Source of the DNA: Phoronis australis
Lineage: Eukaryota; Animalia; Phoronida
Assembly (NCBI GenBank): GCA_002633005.1
Contig: NMRA01000201.1
Location: forward strand, 9,722-73,721
Reading direction: 5' to 3'
Length of the DNA: 64,000 bases
Below, piece by piece: positions 12,394-27,300 of the stretch. Numbering within the stretch: the first letter of the stretch is position 1; each line of letters begins with the position of its first letter. Made by a program: the position numbers and the translations under genes. The notes beneath the pieces are model-generated. The model saw only the letters and a program-made list of their open reading frames with translations, made no database searches and was not told where the DNA came from.

Positions 12394-15300
12394 GTGAGTA
12401 GTCACATGACTTTCTCACCTTTTGTTAAAGAACCCCATTGCCCTAGTTAGATCAAGTGGAATTCGCAAATGTCAAACTTCAACAGATCAAGTTAGGGCTG
12501 CTAAATCTTCCCGTTGAAGGAGTGGTTAGTTTATTGTTTGTTATAAGAAGAGCTAACCAGCGAAATAAACAAAACAAAGGGTTCCAGCCCAAAACATGAA
12601 CCAAACCAATGGATTTCAGTGGTGGTGGTACTTGAGTCTTTAAGTGTTTGTCATTTTGTGGTTGTCTACACTCACTCAAAAATTGACAAGTTAAGTGAAA
12701 AAACACTGGTATTGATAACGTCAGTATTCAGAAATGGCTCGTCTTTTCTGATCTTTTATTGTAAAAGTCTGTTTAATAAATGAATCATTACGATTTGAGT
12801 GCGTTAACAAGATATTTCTACCACTCCAATGTTTTTAACTGCTACAGTCAAAAATAACATTAATTTTGTATTTCGCTTTCAGTGAAAGGCAACTAAGCCA
12901 GTTTACTAAAAAGGTTTTCATTAAAGGTTGACATGCTCACTATGTATACCCTACAGTGGCGGATCTAGGATATCACAAGGGGGGCCCAACATTTTGTCTG
13001 TAAACATTTGCTCAAAGCAAGATTGTAGATGCGCATAGCACCGAATGGGGGAGGTTTGCCCCCCTCCCGTCCAGGAAATTTTTCTGTTTTTTCCTCTAAA
13101 AATCAAGCATTTTCTTTGATTCCCGAAGTATTATCCTAGAAAAAAAGGCAAAAAAACACAAAAAAACGATGGTCAACCAGGAAAAACTGCAAGTACCACA
13201 GACTCGAACTCACGACCTGGCGGATATAGCACGCGGGCTTTACCACTGCTCCACCACGATTTAACTCCTAATTTGATACTAAGAGACCTACTTAATTATG
13301 GTCCACAGCATTTGTGCGCGAAACCTCCTTCTTTTTGTAATGCTTATTACATGTTTTATATTTTGTGCAATCAGTTCGTAACAAATTTGTTGTATTAAAA
13401 ATATTCAAATGTTCAAAAGACCAAATCCGTTATTTGTGTTGGCAATAATGACGTGATTGCTTTGGAAATTGTCTTAAGTTAAGGTTTGACAATGAGAGAA
13501 TTATGAGTTTCTGAGTGATTCACTAAGGCTTCGATTAAAATTGACATCTTACCAGCACCTTCTGTTTTTTCACCATCACTCAGATTCCGTTTTCTTTAAA
13601 AAATGAAGTAATTTTCTTCATTGCACAGTGGAGCAGACGACGGAAACGGAGTTGTAGTGCCCAGCGCCGCTGCCGGTCGCCTGAGATATCGCGGGAGAGC
13701 CGTGTTCCGAATTTGACACTTGCAATTGGATCTGAGCCCACCCCCCCCCCCCAAACACTAAAACTGCACACATTTAAATCTTGTTTCAGCCGTATAATTT
13801 TAATTACCGGGGTTAATTAATAAACTCAACATTTCCCTACGCTCTTGCTGTTTTATTTTGGGCCCACCCCCCTAAATCCGCCTATGCCCTAAATGCTGAA
13901 ACTTAAGCCCTGTTACTTGCAAATTACAACATTAAAACAGGAAGGAGTTTTGCTGGTGCCATAATTCTAGCAACCGGTTGAGGGCACTCCAAGCCTCTTT
14001 TTAAGGCCAAATATCGGCCCCACTCCCCTATGGAAATATTTTAAAATTGCACGCAATTCCACTCCAGAGACCCATAAAATCCCTGGCTCCAGTGCAGGGC
14101 TCGACATTAGCAATAGTCCGACTGCCCGGGACAACCAATTTTTTGGTCCGGACAAGCTCACGGCTGAGCAACATGTCCGACGGGACAAGTTGATGAAATT
14201 TTGGAAGTTATAGTAAATCGGAATGATCAGAACTTCATCGTAGCAGTGGTAACTCACTTGTTTAGCGATCAATGGCGGTAAGATGTGGCACAAATCACTG
14301 AGGTGTCGTTTAGATAATGCAGGAGCTCATGATTGAACACGATCCGAGGCACTTGCATTCGAATAGTTCTAGGCAAAGTGATGTGTTCTCATTTAAATAC
14401 ACGGCAGTATCTCTCGTAATGTGGCAAAGTTTTGATTTTAGCTAGGTCCTAGCATTGTTCCGAGCGTTTTGACCGCACGCCAGGTTCTCGACGATTTGTC
14501 TCTTGTTTAATAATGCATGTTTTTAACGACTTTCACTTCTGACACCAAAATGGAAGCGCCCAACCAAAGGCAAGAGCGCAAAAAATCAGCTTGCAATTTG
14601 TGCAAGTCGAACATTTTGTCCACGTTCCACGACAACAAAAACTTAAGTTTTTTTAATTCGCCTAATGACTTTTTGCAAGATGTGTTTTTGCTTCATTATT
14701 TTAGGGGACGAACAGTACCCCTATTGCCTAATATTAGTAACTTCCGATTGTTGAGCAGTGCTTTGAACAAAGTGGTGTTGACTTCGAACTCAAAAAGAAA
14801 TATACAATGTATATAAAAATGTTACACTGTTGAAAGTATTCAATAAGAAGACCTGTCAATCATTAGCATGTGTTTGGTTGGATATCTAAGTTCAAAGTAT
14901 TCAGTAAGACCTGTCAATCATTGGCCCATGCTTGGTTGCCTAAGTGTTCAGTGGGAAGCAAATCTTTACACAATGAGTGCTTCCCTTAAAAATACGCCAC
15001 GAATTAGCGGAGTCTTGTTTAATCTGTCTTTATTCTCAAGAAACTTGCCCTTCTGAACGCACGACTACCTGTAGGAATACCTTAGGTACGTAAACACCCA
15101 ATCACAGTCAGGATCACGACGCCACTGTATCGTGTGCGCAGGCCGTCGAAGACCAGTATTTCAATCCCCTGACTGATATCAGTGTAGCTTTGTCAGGGTA
15201 AAATCGGTCCTCTGTACAGTAAGCGACAACTCTTTGCAAAATTTTCGACTTAAACCGCCCATGCTAGGTGTACCGCACTCGCACTGTTTTTTAAATTCCC

Positions 15301-18300
15301 AATTAAAGCGCCGTGGGCAGTAACGTGGACAAGTACGGAAACTCAAATTTCAATCATTGGCTCGTCAACACATTTTGACACTTGATCGTTACAACTTTTG
15401 ATTTACTGACTGTACTTCGGGAGCAAGTTTTCGGTTATACAGAATTTGTTAAATGCACGACGCTTTTCATTGTTCAGTCTTTATTCTGTTTCGTTCATAC
15501 TTTCGGAACAAAACTCTTCTCTCAACTGGACATAGATACAGTAACTGACCTAGCGACATAATTAAAAGACACACGATATTTCGAAACATACTTGCTTCAT
15601 TCTCAAATGACAGGACAAGTTAACATAAAAGTTAATGTCGAGTCCTGCAGTGATGTAAAAAATTACCCTTAACGTTTTAATGTACTCTGGAAAATGTTAA
15701 TTTTGGCTACTTAAGGTTGTCTCAAACTTTATTCACAAAAATTGTCCATTTTTTCAATGTTTTACATGTCTAGCAAAATTCTTCATCTTTATTCTCGGGG
15801 AACTTCAAATACAAAATATATACCATGTTATGAGAAAAAAGATTTAGCAGAATCACCTTGGAACCGCGAGGATATTTGTTTACTACTTATTTGAAGTCAG
15901 AGGTTACAGGGCTGCCACACAAATCGAATTTCCCGCCAGGTACAGAGCAGCTTCATATGTGCCCTCAGTTCTTTCATTCACTGAGTCGCCATAATATTGA
16001 GTCAATGAGGTGTACATATGATCGTATATTGCCAGGGAAAACTAAGACAAAACATAGTTTTGGATCTTGAGCTGAGGGAATAGCGCGTCTACATGCATAC
16101 GTCCGTTGAGAACAAATGCTACGAGTCGCCTCATTCCTCTATGGTTACAAACACAGGAAGTTGTAAAAAGAGATAAATTCCTTGATTAATAAGTAATTTG
16201 ACATTTTGCTGTTTCAATCTTATGTTAACAACGTGCTTTTATCACCGACTCAATTTGGTTTCATATCAGTCTCAACTTAGGAACACGAGTTCTCGAAAAT
16301 GGCTCGGTGAATTTATTCATCAATCTCAGAAACGCTTTTAGGATTTTCGATATTGTAAAAGCCTGGTTTTTGTGTAATGTAACAAAGATGAATACGACTT
16401 CTATTTCTCACAAAAACACCTTACGTTTTCCGAGTTGATTTGTCATAGAAACCTAATGAAAAGGCTAATAAAAAATTCCTAACAGCTTTTTTGAGGTATG
16501 GTAACTGGCGAAGTTTTCATTTAAAAAATGTTTGAATTTCATTAAAATCGACCGAGGGGTTATTTTGCTATGAATGTACCTTTCTTAAAAATTTTGACTT
16601 AAAAAGGTGTTAATATAATAATAATGATAATAATAATAATAATAATAATAATAATGGTACGTAAATACAAAACCCATTTTTATATTCCCTGTTCTTTTGT
16701 CTTTCAGAAAATGTATACTTTTAGTTGTTACAAAGCTTAGTTTTTTGATATACGAGTTAGAATGGAGGCCACTAAATAAGGTATGAGATAACCTTAAGGC
16801 TTTGCTGTTGGGGGCTGACGACTATGGGTAGAATGAATTGACGGTAGCCAAGGGAGGGAGAGGTAGAATTTTCCCTCAACCAAAAACTTCACACAGGTAC
16901 CTTTCTCTTCAGGTGAGCGAGAGCCCTGATTTTAATGAAAGTTTCTAAAAAGTTGTCACTCTTTATTTCTCAAATGGTTCAAGTTAACTGTATGGATCTT
17001 TTCTTCATATTACTGAGTTTTTATGTGTCTCACTCACCTGTAACATGTTGTTCTAGCATTAATGTTTTTGATTGTGAAATAGTGGAGTCAGATTTTGTAA
17101 TTGTTGTTCACTCCTTTCACAATTCAGCTGACAAAAAGTTTCACTTTGTGCTTTGTTGTAGTGATGTGAGGTTTGTTGGCAATGATTGATTACGCCTACA
17201 GTACACTGAGCAGTAGCACGTGTGAATTTTGTTGTTACAATGTTTTGAGCATCAGTTTGGGCACGCTCATGTCTATAAATTTCCAAATGTAATGAGTTCG
17301 GCTTAGTGAAGTCTTAGTGACTTACTTTTGTCTATGTCACTACGAGAATCCTTGTGTGGTGTTCTAGTCAGACGCCTGTCAATGCAACAATTTTTAGCCT
17401 TTCCTCCTTTGTTCTGTCCTCTGTGTTCTGTGAAGATGTCATATGGTGCGAAAAGCTAGTTTAGTTGAGGAGCTTACATTAGAGTGATTAAATCATGTTT
17501 TCTCTAATTTGTGGCTTATGTATTGCTACGACTTTCTAGATAGCCCAATACATCTAAAATAACAAAACATGAATATGTTCATTAAGAAGTGCTTTAAAGT
17601 TTCTCGGGGATCCCTAACTTATAAAAAGTTAGGGGATTCCAGTAATTTGAGTTGCTCCCAGGCGTCACAATCATCCCCTCAAGACCCCTTTTCGCCACAC
17701 CTGTGTGTGGGACTACCAAAAATTAGCACTGCGGTGATGTGGAAGAGTGTTGTAAATTTGTATGGCGTGGTGATGTGGATGGTGACAGGTTTGCCCCGCG
17801 ATGCCTTTGGATCAGTTTAGAATTATTATTATCACTCGCAGCACTAGGAAGATGGTTGAAAAGTCTCTCCTAAAGTGGTCCGCAATAGTATCCCTTGAAA
17901 TGCCTACTGTTTAACAACTAGAGTTACCAATATGGTAATGTGTTGTTAGGATGAATGGTTTCCTAGAACACTGTCATGTTCTATTATTGGAATGTTTATT
18001 TCATTTGTCAAAATTGGTTTGCTTTCTGAATTGACTGCATCAAGCAAAAGACCTTGGTTAACTCTCACCAATTGATATTTTAAAATTTTGAAAGGGCTCC
18101 TAGATTGCTGTGAATGTCCACAATTCTTCATCATCTGATGGTAGTCACGGTATACAGTTGGGCAATTCCGTGAAAAGGTCAACCTCGAGACAAAAAATTA
18201 AAATTGTGGCTACACTAACATTTCCGGTCTCATCTGAAAGCCCATTCTCTGTAGTTGCAGGACCCATATTTGACTGTCCTATAACTTTCAATTTTTTTGT

Positions 18301-21300
18301 TTAAATGGACCCATTTTTGGGGCCACTAGACCCTAAAAAATTAGCTCGATTTTCATATGTGTTGTCATAAACACTATTGTCCAAAATTTTGGATCTCGGG
18401 GGGATTATTCATTTAGTCAGAAATTGTGTGACAGACGTACAGCAAATTTGTACGTCCGTCACGTACATCCGTCACACCCATGAAATTGCAATTTTTCAGC
18501 CAATAGTATATGCAAATAACAAGAGACCTAAAAGAATACGTGTCAAGTTGCTATTGCACTGAAATCAACATGTTATTTCTGGTCTGACCTGCTATGCTGT
18601 GTTTTGTGTTGAAAAAGCCAATACCGGGAATTTTCAAGCGGTAGGAATCTGCCACCTACTTTACTGAGCATTTTTGCCACACCCTCACTGGCTGTAGGCA
18701 CTCTTTTTTGTTTTCAGTGTATTGGGTCATTGGGTGGCTTGTATGAAATTATTTCATAGCAAATGATTACATTGTATCGTCTTACATAGTTTTGATCCTT
18801 CAACCTTTTTAAGAATTTAAGTCGACTAATTTTTTTCTGCTGAGCTTAAGCGAGATTAAACCACATTTAGAAAGGATAGAGGAACTTGTTGGAGACCACG
18901 AGAAGAACAGTAGCAACCAGGAGAAGTATAAATATCTGCTGGAATATTCTCTGAAACTAAAAAACAATGCCATTGTGGATCAAGAAATTCATAATTGTAC
19001 TTGCTCGTACTGTGATGTGGCATTATTTAAAGCCTCTCCTTAAATTTGAAAAGAAGACACAAGTTAAAGAGTTGGATGAAAACCTAATCATTATAATCAC
19101 TAAATAGAAAGCAGCATCTGATAAGTTAGCTCTACATATTCCTAAATCATAATCCTAAATGCAATTAATTTAAAATGTCTTGTTTTTCACACTGGAAGAC
19201 AGCACGTGTGATTTGAATCAAAATATGAATGCCAAAAGTCGAAGATGTTCACTAAACCACATGCCTCGCACTTGGTTTTAAGAAGATACTGAAGTTCTGT
19301 TACTAATACTTTAAAAGCATCACAGTTATTACTTACATGGGCATGTATCGGAACCATTGACAGCATGGACCAGAGAATAATTTTGTACAAACTCACAGGA
19401 CATGTTATAATTTAAAAACAATTAATAAAAATAATTTTCATGAGTAATTAGTAATGTTTCGAAATTTATTTCACATTTTATATTTTGACTGTCATATTTA
19501 CTTTACAGTTTTGAATTAGTGCTCTATTTAACGCTTAAAAACAGATTTTCCTGATAGCTAACAGCTGTCAAATACAAAATGATTATCACTCTCATTCCCA
19601 TCGATAATGCTTTCCCTCTTCAAAAGGAAGTGAAGATTGTAGTAGATTGTTTTATATATTTAATCAAATTTATTAAAAAGTTAAAATCCTAGAGTATATT
19701 CCTAGTATATCCCTACCTGTGATGATTTTGTGCAGAAGGTCAATCGGTACATTTTAATTAAAAACATTGAATGAGTAGCAAAAGACCAATATAGCTTAAA
19801 TACTGCAAAAGTTTGAATCATTCTGAACTGATATCTTAGTCACAACAAACAATTTAATACTAGAAATTCAGAGCATAGGTCCATCACGTACGTCCGTTAC
19901 AGTAACTTAACATATATGAAGCTGTTTGACAAAAATTTCTTAGCAGATATCATCAAAAAATTAGTGTAATGTACTTTGCAAACATTCCACTAAATCATCA
20001 TATAAAACATAAAATTGTAACTTAGTGCAACTCACAAAAAATTAACGTTAAATTTTTTTTTAAATTCAAATTCTCTGCGTACATCCGTCACACCCCTTTA
20101 AAGACAATTTTCTCAGTCGGATTAAAAGATAGGGGAAAAGTTGATACATGCTTTGAAAGCTATCAGTGACACCTATCAATCGATGTATTATTTTCCTGGG
20201 GTGAACATTTTTTTCACAGTTGATCAAAATGTTCTCTGATTGTACGTCCGTCACAAATGGAATTGCCCAATTAAATTAATAAACATTTATTTGGTGCTAC
20301 TTATCTTATGAAACCAGTAAAAAACTACTGCTTACTTTTACTCTGTTCAAAGCGATTATAACTTATAAGACTTATTTATAGCCTGTCTTGAGCGGTAACA
20401 CTTGTAAAATTGGTTCTTACAGTATATTAAGAGCATCCCTCTGAGCCCACTTGTGCCATAAATTGCCAAATGTAATGAATTGTTAGGTGTATTGGCTTGG
20501 TTTAATGTCTACGTCACCACCAGAATCACCTTTTAATTGAAACAGCTGCGAATAACACCCGGCACATAATGGTGGTCTAATCAGACCCCTGTTCAGTGAA
20601 CTGTTTTGTGTTGTTTTTGTGTGCTGGGATCTCGCAGTGATGTAATGTCAGTAGAAAAAAAACAACTTCGCCTATCATTTGACGGGCCTACCTTTGCGTG
20701 ATTAAACTCGCATGTTCTTATTTTGCTAAGGTTTTGCCAGGACTACCTTGTTAGCCCAATACATCTAAAGTAACAAAATTTCATTGAAGTTATGCTTTAA
20801 AGGTTATAACTCTTGGTCTGCCCACTTTTAAACAGATTTTGAAAGTTGTAACTGTAGCATGGTTGTAATCCTTTGTGAGGTTGGTTTAGGAAGAGGTTTT
20901 AACTGTTGTGACTGACCGTGAACGTTGCAGTTGAAAAAGTTATAACTCAGTAGGTAGTGCTGCTGTGCAATCTTATTGGCATCAAAGGCACACCAAGGCA
21001 CTAACTGGGGGTGAAGTGAACAGCGATAGAACTGACATCTTTTGACTGAAGCTAGGAACTAGGGTTACAACAGTTGTAACTTTCTATGTGAACAGTAACT
21101 ATTTCATAACAATTAAAACTGTGGAAAGTTACAATTGGGTTTAGTCGGTCTGAATGCAGCTTGTGTAAGCTATGGTATCTTAAATTAGTGAGATGTTATG
21201 GGTATGATGGACTTGTAGGAATAATTAAGTGTTCATGTTTCCGTTAGGCAGTGCAGACCGAAAGTAAAAGTTTCATGTAACATAACATTTATTGCCATGC

Positions 21301-24300
21301 TTCTACTTCACAGTTTGTTTTGAAAATGTTTTTAGTTTTTTATTGAAATTTGGAGGAAATTTTGTGGAGTCGAATTGAAGAATTTGGATGATGGAATGGA
21401 TTTATCTGGAGGAATTTGAGAAATTCAAAGAAAAACATGTTTTGCAAGGTTAGCAAGGATTTGTATTTTTTTGTTAAAATATCAAATTTACGCAGCTGTA
21501 ACTACACTTTTAAATTGCCCTTGCTACTTGTCAATGCAGAAATATTATCTGTTGCCAGGTATAAATTAACTAATTTAATAATCATTCAATCATTCAGTCA
21601 CTTGCATGTTGTTCTTCATGTAATAAGCAACCTTTGTTACCAAGGATTAAATTTTTTGAAAACAGCTTTGAAGTCTTTATAATAGATGCTTCAATCTTTA
21701 TATTTTTTAAGTGTTTGCTAATCGCAGCACTTTATCATGCACGAAAGCAATGCTCAGATTTTCATAATCACGTGATTGTTTTTTTTCAAAAATCACAAGT
21801 TTGTAGAAACTAAATGCCGTATTTACTATTAACACGAATTGGTTCACAGGAAACATGCAAATTTCGTTTTTTTATTCTATTTACTATTAAACGTGTTTGG
21901 GATTGTCTTTTAATGCTGTTTAGCCTGAAAGCTCAGCTGTCAACAATCAAGTCTATTGACACAAATCAAAGGAAGTCGACCTCTTCATTTTCAATTGAGG
22001 ACTGAATGGCTGAAGATCCCAGACACAGTTTTGTTGAAAAAGTGCAGTCTCTTGATGACAAATATCTGGTCATTATTTTTGTGCACTGATAAAGATTCTG
22101 TGATCATCAAGGATTTTAAGAATATGTTATTTTTTGGTCTACTATTAATAGTTAGAAATTTGATCCTTGGTATCCAAGGTTTTTTTGCAGACTGCTCAAG
22201 GTCAACTTTCCTGAGGCTGAGCTGTCCAACTTGTCAGGCCTTAATCTCGACATATGATAAGGTGACAGTAATCAGAACCTCTTCCTTTGTACTGTTCCAG
22301 TAGTTATTGTTATTAATCATTTGTGGTTGGGAGCAATCTATTCCATGAGCTCTCCAAATCAAATCATCATTTAATTCAAGTATATTGGCCTCCAACCCCT
22401 GTCACAACATGTACACAAGAACAAACTGACTAATTCAAAATTCAGTGCAAACAACTACAAGGATTCACACATTGTACCAGGTTTCTTTCGAATCATTTAA
22501 AAGCTGTTAGCTGACCTCTTTCTTCTGGTTTTATAAAAAAAATAATATCCAAATTTTAAGATATCATATGTCTTGTCAAGCTCTAGTCATAACTGCAACA
22601 AGGGGATCTGTCTCGTGCCAAAGTAAAGCAATAAATGGAAGCGCCCGGATCAAGCTACACCTGGAGAAATGAAATGAAGTACTTACAATTGAGGTTGATG
22701 ACAAAAACAAGAATACCATCATCTTGACCACAATCAAGGCGTCCATGATGATGCTGGCAATGATAGGCTTCCAGCTATTCACGACGCATATTGTAAATTC
22801 CACCCTGATTAGATAAGAAATGATACCTGTAATGTGCTAACAAAGACACAAACAAAAAAATAAACAAACACTATGACAAAGTAAAAGATTTGGAAAAATT
22901 TCATTTCACCTTAACGCTACGTAAATTTCCTGAAAAGTGTAATACTTAACATGAAGACTATAAGCCAACGAATTGCTCTATAAGAACAGTCATCTGACCA
23001 GTAAATCTCAAATATCTTGAGAGCGGCAAGTTACAGCGAGAAATGGGTTTCAGGTTACTGATAGTGCTTGAAACGATTTATTCACATACCAAATTTCGGA
23101 CAGATCTATCCAGGGATGCCGATCGTACGCCACATAATCTCAATTAATTGTAGTCCTCTCCTCGGAAATTCTTAAATAACTTGAGAACAGTAAGGCCTAG
23201 AAAAATAACAGACAAGTGAAAAATGGCTGTCACACTGCCACCTTGCTTCCAGTTTTAACCAAAATACCACGAAATGTGACTTGTGGCATGCAACAAAGAA
23301 ACAAACAAATTCTATGACAAAGTAACAGACTTGGAGAAATTTCATTTCACCAAATAAAAATTATTGAAGCTTGAGTTATGTAAAAGAAACATGGCATGAC
23401 CAATCGACCTCGAATAACTTGAAAAAGTAGGCCACAAAGAAAAATGGATGGCAGTGTGCAGACAGCACTTGCTGAGATCTTTCTACATGTAGGGACGCTT
23501 GAGATATGTCATGAAAACACAATTCAAGAGCAATCCGGGGATATTTTGGAACAACTTGAATGGTATGTCATAGATGAGAACAGGTGGCACACGTCCAATA
23601 GTCCCTGAAATGGTCTTTTCACAGAAAAAATGCTTAAATACCGTCCAAAGACAAGGGAACTATGGCTCAGCAAACCAAAAAAATAGCAAATGGCCAGCAC
23701 TGCCCCATCTTGTGTCAGATTTCCATCAAGAACCATGGGCTTGGAGCCATTTACAAGGCACATTTTTTTGGAAATTTCATGATGATCGGATTAGAAAATT
23801 AATGTGACCTGGAGCTTGCGAACAAAAAAAGTTAACGGAAGAATAAAGTACTAGAGAAGTTGCAGTTTCCATACAGTTCAAATTACATTAGGGACAACAT
23901 CTCACAAATCACGCTCGACACCTTCCCATCTACCTACCACAAACTTCAAATGAAATTGCGTATATCTAAATTGAGCCATAATTTGAATATTTCTGAAGGA
24001 TTCTAAACCTGTTATATACACTACAATTCTCAATAGGCAAATTAGTTTTATATAACTTATAACATAACTGGCTTATATGACTAGAAATATCAGCAATCTG
24101 TTTTTATATTTCAATATTCAATATCTAAGCAACGCTGTATAAATGCCTCAATAATTCTATATTATTGATTCCATCCTAGTCAAATCACATAATACCAAAA
24201 CCTGTACGTAGAAAACATTTTGTTTCTAGCATTCCTTTTCTCTTTCAGCCATTTCTAACTGGAATTCATTGAACACGCTGATGTATCTGTAGTAAGATTA

Positions 24301-27300
24301 ATTTAATGATTTTAACCAGTATTTTATGATTCAAACTCAATTCTGGCTAATCTACTTACTATCCCAGTCAGTCTGCCCAGTTCACCTCGCTTTGGTACCA
24401 AGACTCAACAAAAATTTACTAAATCTATTCTGAACCCGCTTACTAGCAACACCTCTGCGAAAGCCCCAAAGCTCGCTCCCTTACATAAGACTAGGCAAAG
24501 TTTTTGTGTCAAATATTTTCAACTAAAATAGTGAACACGTGAGAATGTCAGCAGTATAAATTTCTTCATAACACAAATACCCTTTGTATCGATACGCGAT
24601 TTCCTCGTACAATGTACGTAGAGTTGGTTAATCTGTTTTTGTAAGGAAATTGCAGTTTGTGCAAAATATTAGCAAATTGTCCACAAACAGTAAAATAATA
24701 ACTTTAACAGTCTTACGATTACTGGTAACTCAGTTGTTTTATTGAGTTTATTCAAGGTCATTCTGGTATAAGAAGCATAAGAAATGTGACATTTGACATT
24801 CTTGTCTCACCTCCAAATGATAGGCAAAGTAACCTGTCACCAGTCCGTCATTGTCCAATCGCACATAAATTTTCTCAAGAATTACGAAAGATCCCTCCAA
24901 TATTATTCCTAATAATCTTATGTTTTATTCCGTCCATTCCTCCAGACCCAGTCGAAGTCTTTATGAAAATACACAGGCAATAAAGTCTTCCTATCTGCTT
25001 AGAAATATATTTCGAAGTGAGTGTACTTGAAACAAACATGTTGTCTACAGTGCAGCAACCTTTACAGAAACCCTCCTGAGTCTCATTTATGATCTCATTA
25101 TCAGACGACTCTTTATGTAATCTGTTGCGAATTGCTTCCGAAAATATTTTACCTGTGAACTGTAGCAAGGCAATTCCTCTATAATGTCCAGGATCGTTTC
25201 TGTTCCCATTTTTATGTGCATGCATTTACAGCTATTTCTCCTTGTGGCAATTTTAATCTTTTTAAATTAGCTAGGGGTGGATCCAGAATTTTGAGTTAGG
25301 TTGGCCAGGGCAGAGAATTAGCCAGGATTTTGCCCATCAAACATTCGCATCCCCGAACTGCCAAATGGAGCCTGGGAGAATTTTAGGGGTGGCCATGGCC
25401 CTCTTGGCCCCCCTTCCCCTTGAATCTGCCACTGTTCGACTCCGTATGTTTTAGAGTTCCTTGACAGATTTTCATGAAATTTCAACTGCCAAACAGGTTT
25501 CTTTTCAGGGCACTTTCTAAGATGTGTTTAAAGAGAAGTTATCTTAAATATGCATTCTTAAATCTATAGAACACCCTCACATACAGGCGGTTGTGCTTAA
25601 AACGTTTGAATCGTTTCACTCTCTAGTTGTAGCATACATTGGCCAAGTCATTCTAAAGGACCTTTTCTCACCAATAACATTTTAAACCGGGTTTAAACCA
25701 GTCTGCTGTCCTCAAACAGCATTTGATTTATACATCTCACTGCTTTGAAAATTAGTGTCAACTTGATACTTACTCAGATGAGGAACAATTTACGATATTA
25801 CGATATTACTAGCAAAGAAGTGGTAGTTTGTTAGTGCTTGAGGCTATGATTGGCTCATAATATGACCTGCCAAAGCAAGCTGAGTGGTTGAGCCTGATCT
25901 CAACCAATAGCCACATTCTCACCAAGCCCATTAAGTATCTTTAATCAGAGTAAGGAGTAAGTTAAGACCAAGTTAGGTTAATTCCCAAAACAAAGGTAGT
26001 TAGATGTTTGATAGATGGTATGTTATCAGCTGCTTTAAGCTTTTCGAGGCCCAACGTCTTTCCTAATTGTAAAAAGTGTGTGCTGCCTTTGACAGACTTG
26101 GAAATTTTTTTATGCGCCAACCTATTTATATGTGGACGCATTATAGTACTTTCCATTATTTCGAAATATTGTTATGTTCAGCTCGCTGACCTCCCTGTTC
26201 TGTGTTTGAGGTACTACTCTTCGGCCATTTGATTTCAGAGTTGATTAAGATTTTGTAGGATCTTAGAAAAATGAAAATGTCCATGTTTGGGTAATTTTGG
26301 AACATCATATTTCAGAAATGTCTAAGAGGATTCTTAAGAAACCTTCCGATACTGTGCTTTGTGCACTATTCTCTAGGATGCTTTTAGAAATTGGACAGTC
26401 TTTAAAATGTTCCATTTTTGCACGTGAGGCTATCATAAACTGGGACTTGCGAAACAATCAAAAGTTTTATAAAAACAAATATAAAACAATTATTTAGAAA
26501 ACTGTAATAATGTTTTTGAGATTTCATCTTGAACATTTATTCTAATGAAATTTTGTTATGTTATTGGCATGGTTGTTGTCCCATCAATATACGTTACCGC
26601 TTTTTCAATAAACCACTAAGTAAAAAAACATGGTCACATGACCCAATCAGTGGTAGGGTGTTAAAATGCCAAACATCAAATTCTGCAGGCTTTCTGCTTT
26701 CAAAAAATACAAACTTTTGCCGAGTTAAATTCTGAAGTTTTGTAGATGCTTGGCTAAGTATACAGACTTGTCGATAAGGGTTCAAGTTGTCAGGCAAGTA
26801 ATAAAAGTTTATGTTCAAAGTTCAACAGATTAGTGAGTGCCTTGCTGTGCACTTCTGCTGAATGAGTACATTTCCTTTACAGGAAGTCGGTTTCACTTTC
26901 AATTCCTTTGGTCAGCTACTCCTTGAAATTGATCACCACTGTTAATAGAAATTACACAGCACAATTTTAGGAAAGCTCATTTCTGGTGCTGCGTCGTGTT
27001 TGACACAAACAATAGAAATGCGGTATATTGAGCGATGTTTGGCCTGGTAAAAAATTACCGCTTCTAAGGTACCGGTAAAATAAGAATGAAATGATTTATT
27101 ACGATAGAATCTCATCAATTCAGGACGCAACATGGCCGACAAGTAAAATTCTATTTATCATTGTTTTTATGAAGCAAGTTTTGTTGTACAGCTGCAATCA
27201 AACAAAGTTTTGAAAATTTTTGGACATTCACAACAATATTAGAAGGCCCTAAAATTTAAAAAAAATTCATAAATATTTTGTGCAAAAAGGCGAAATATGT

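Noticed and set aside
13191-13260. Functional tRNA gene
   Set aside because: A and B boxes are present but acceptor and anticodon stems do not pair convincingly; kept only as tRNA-derived.
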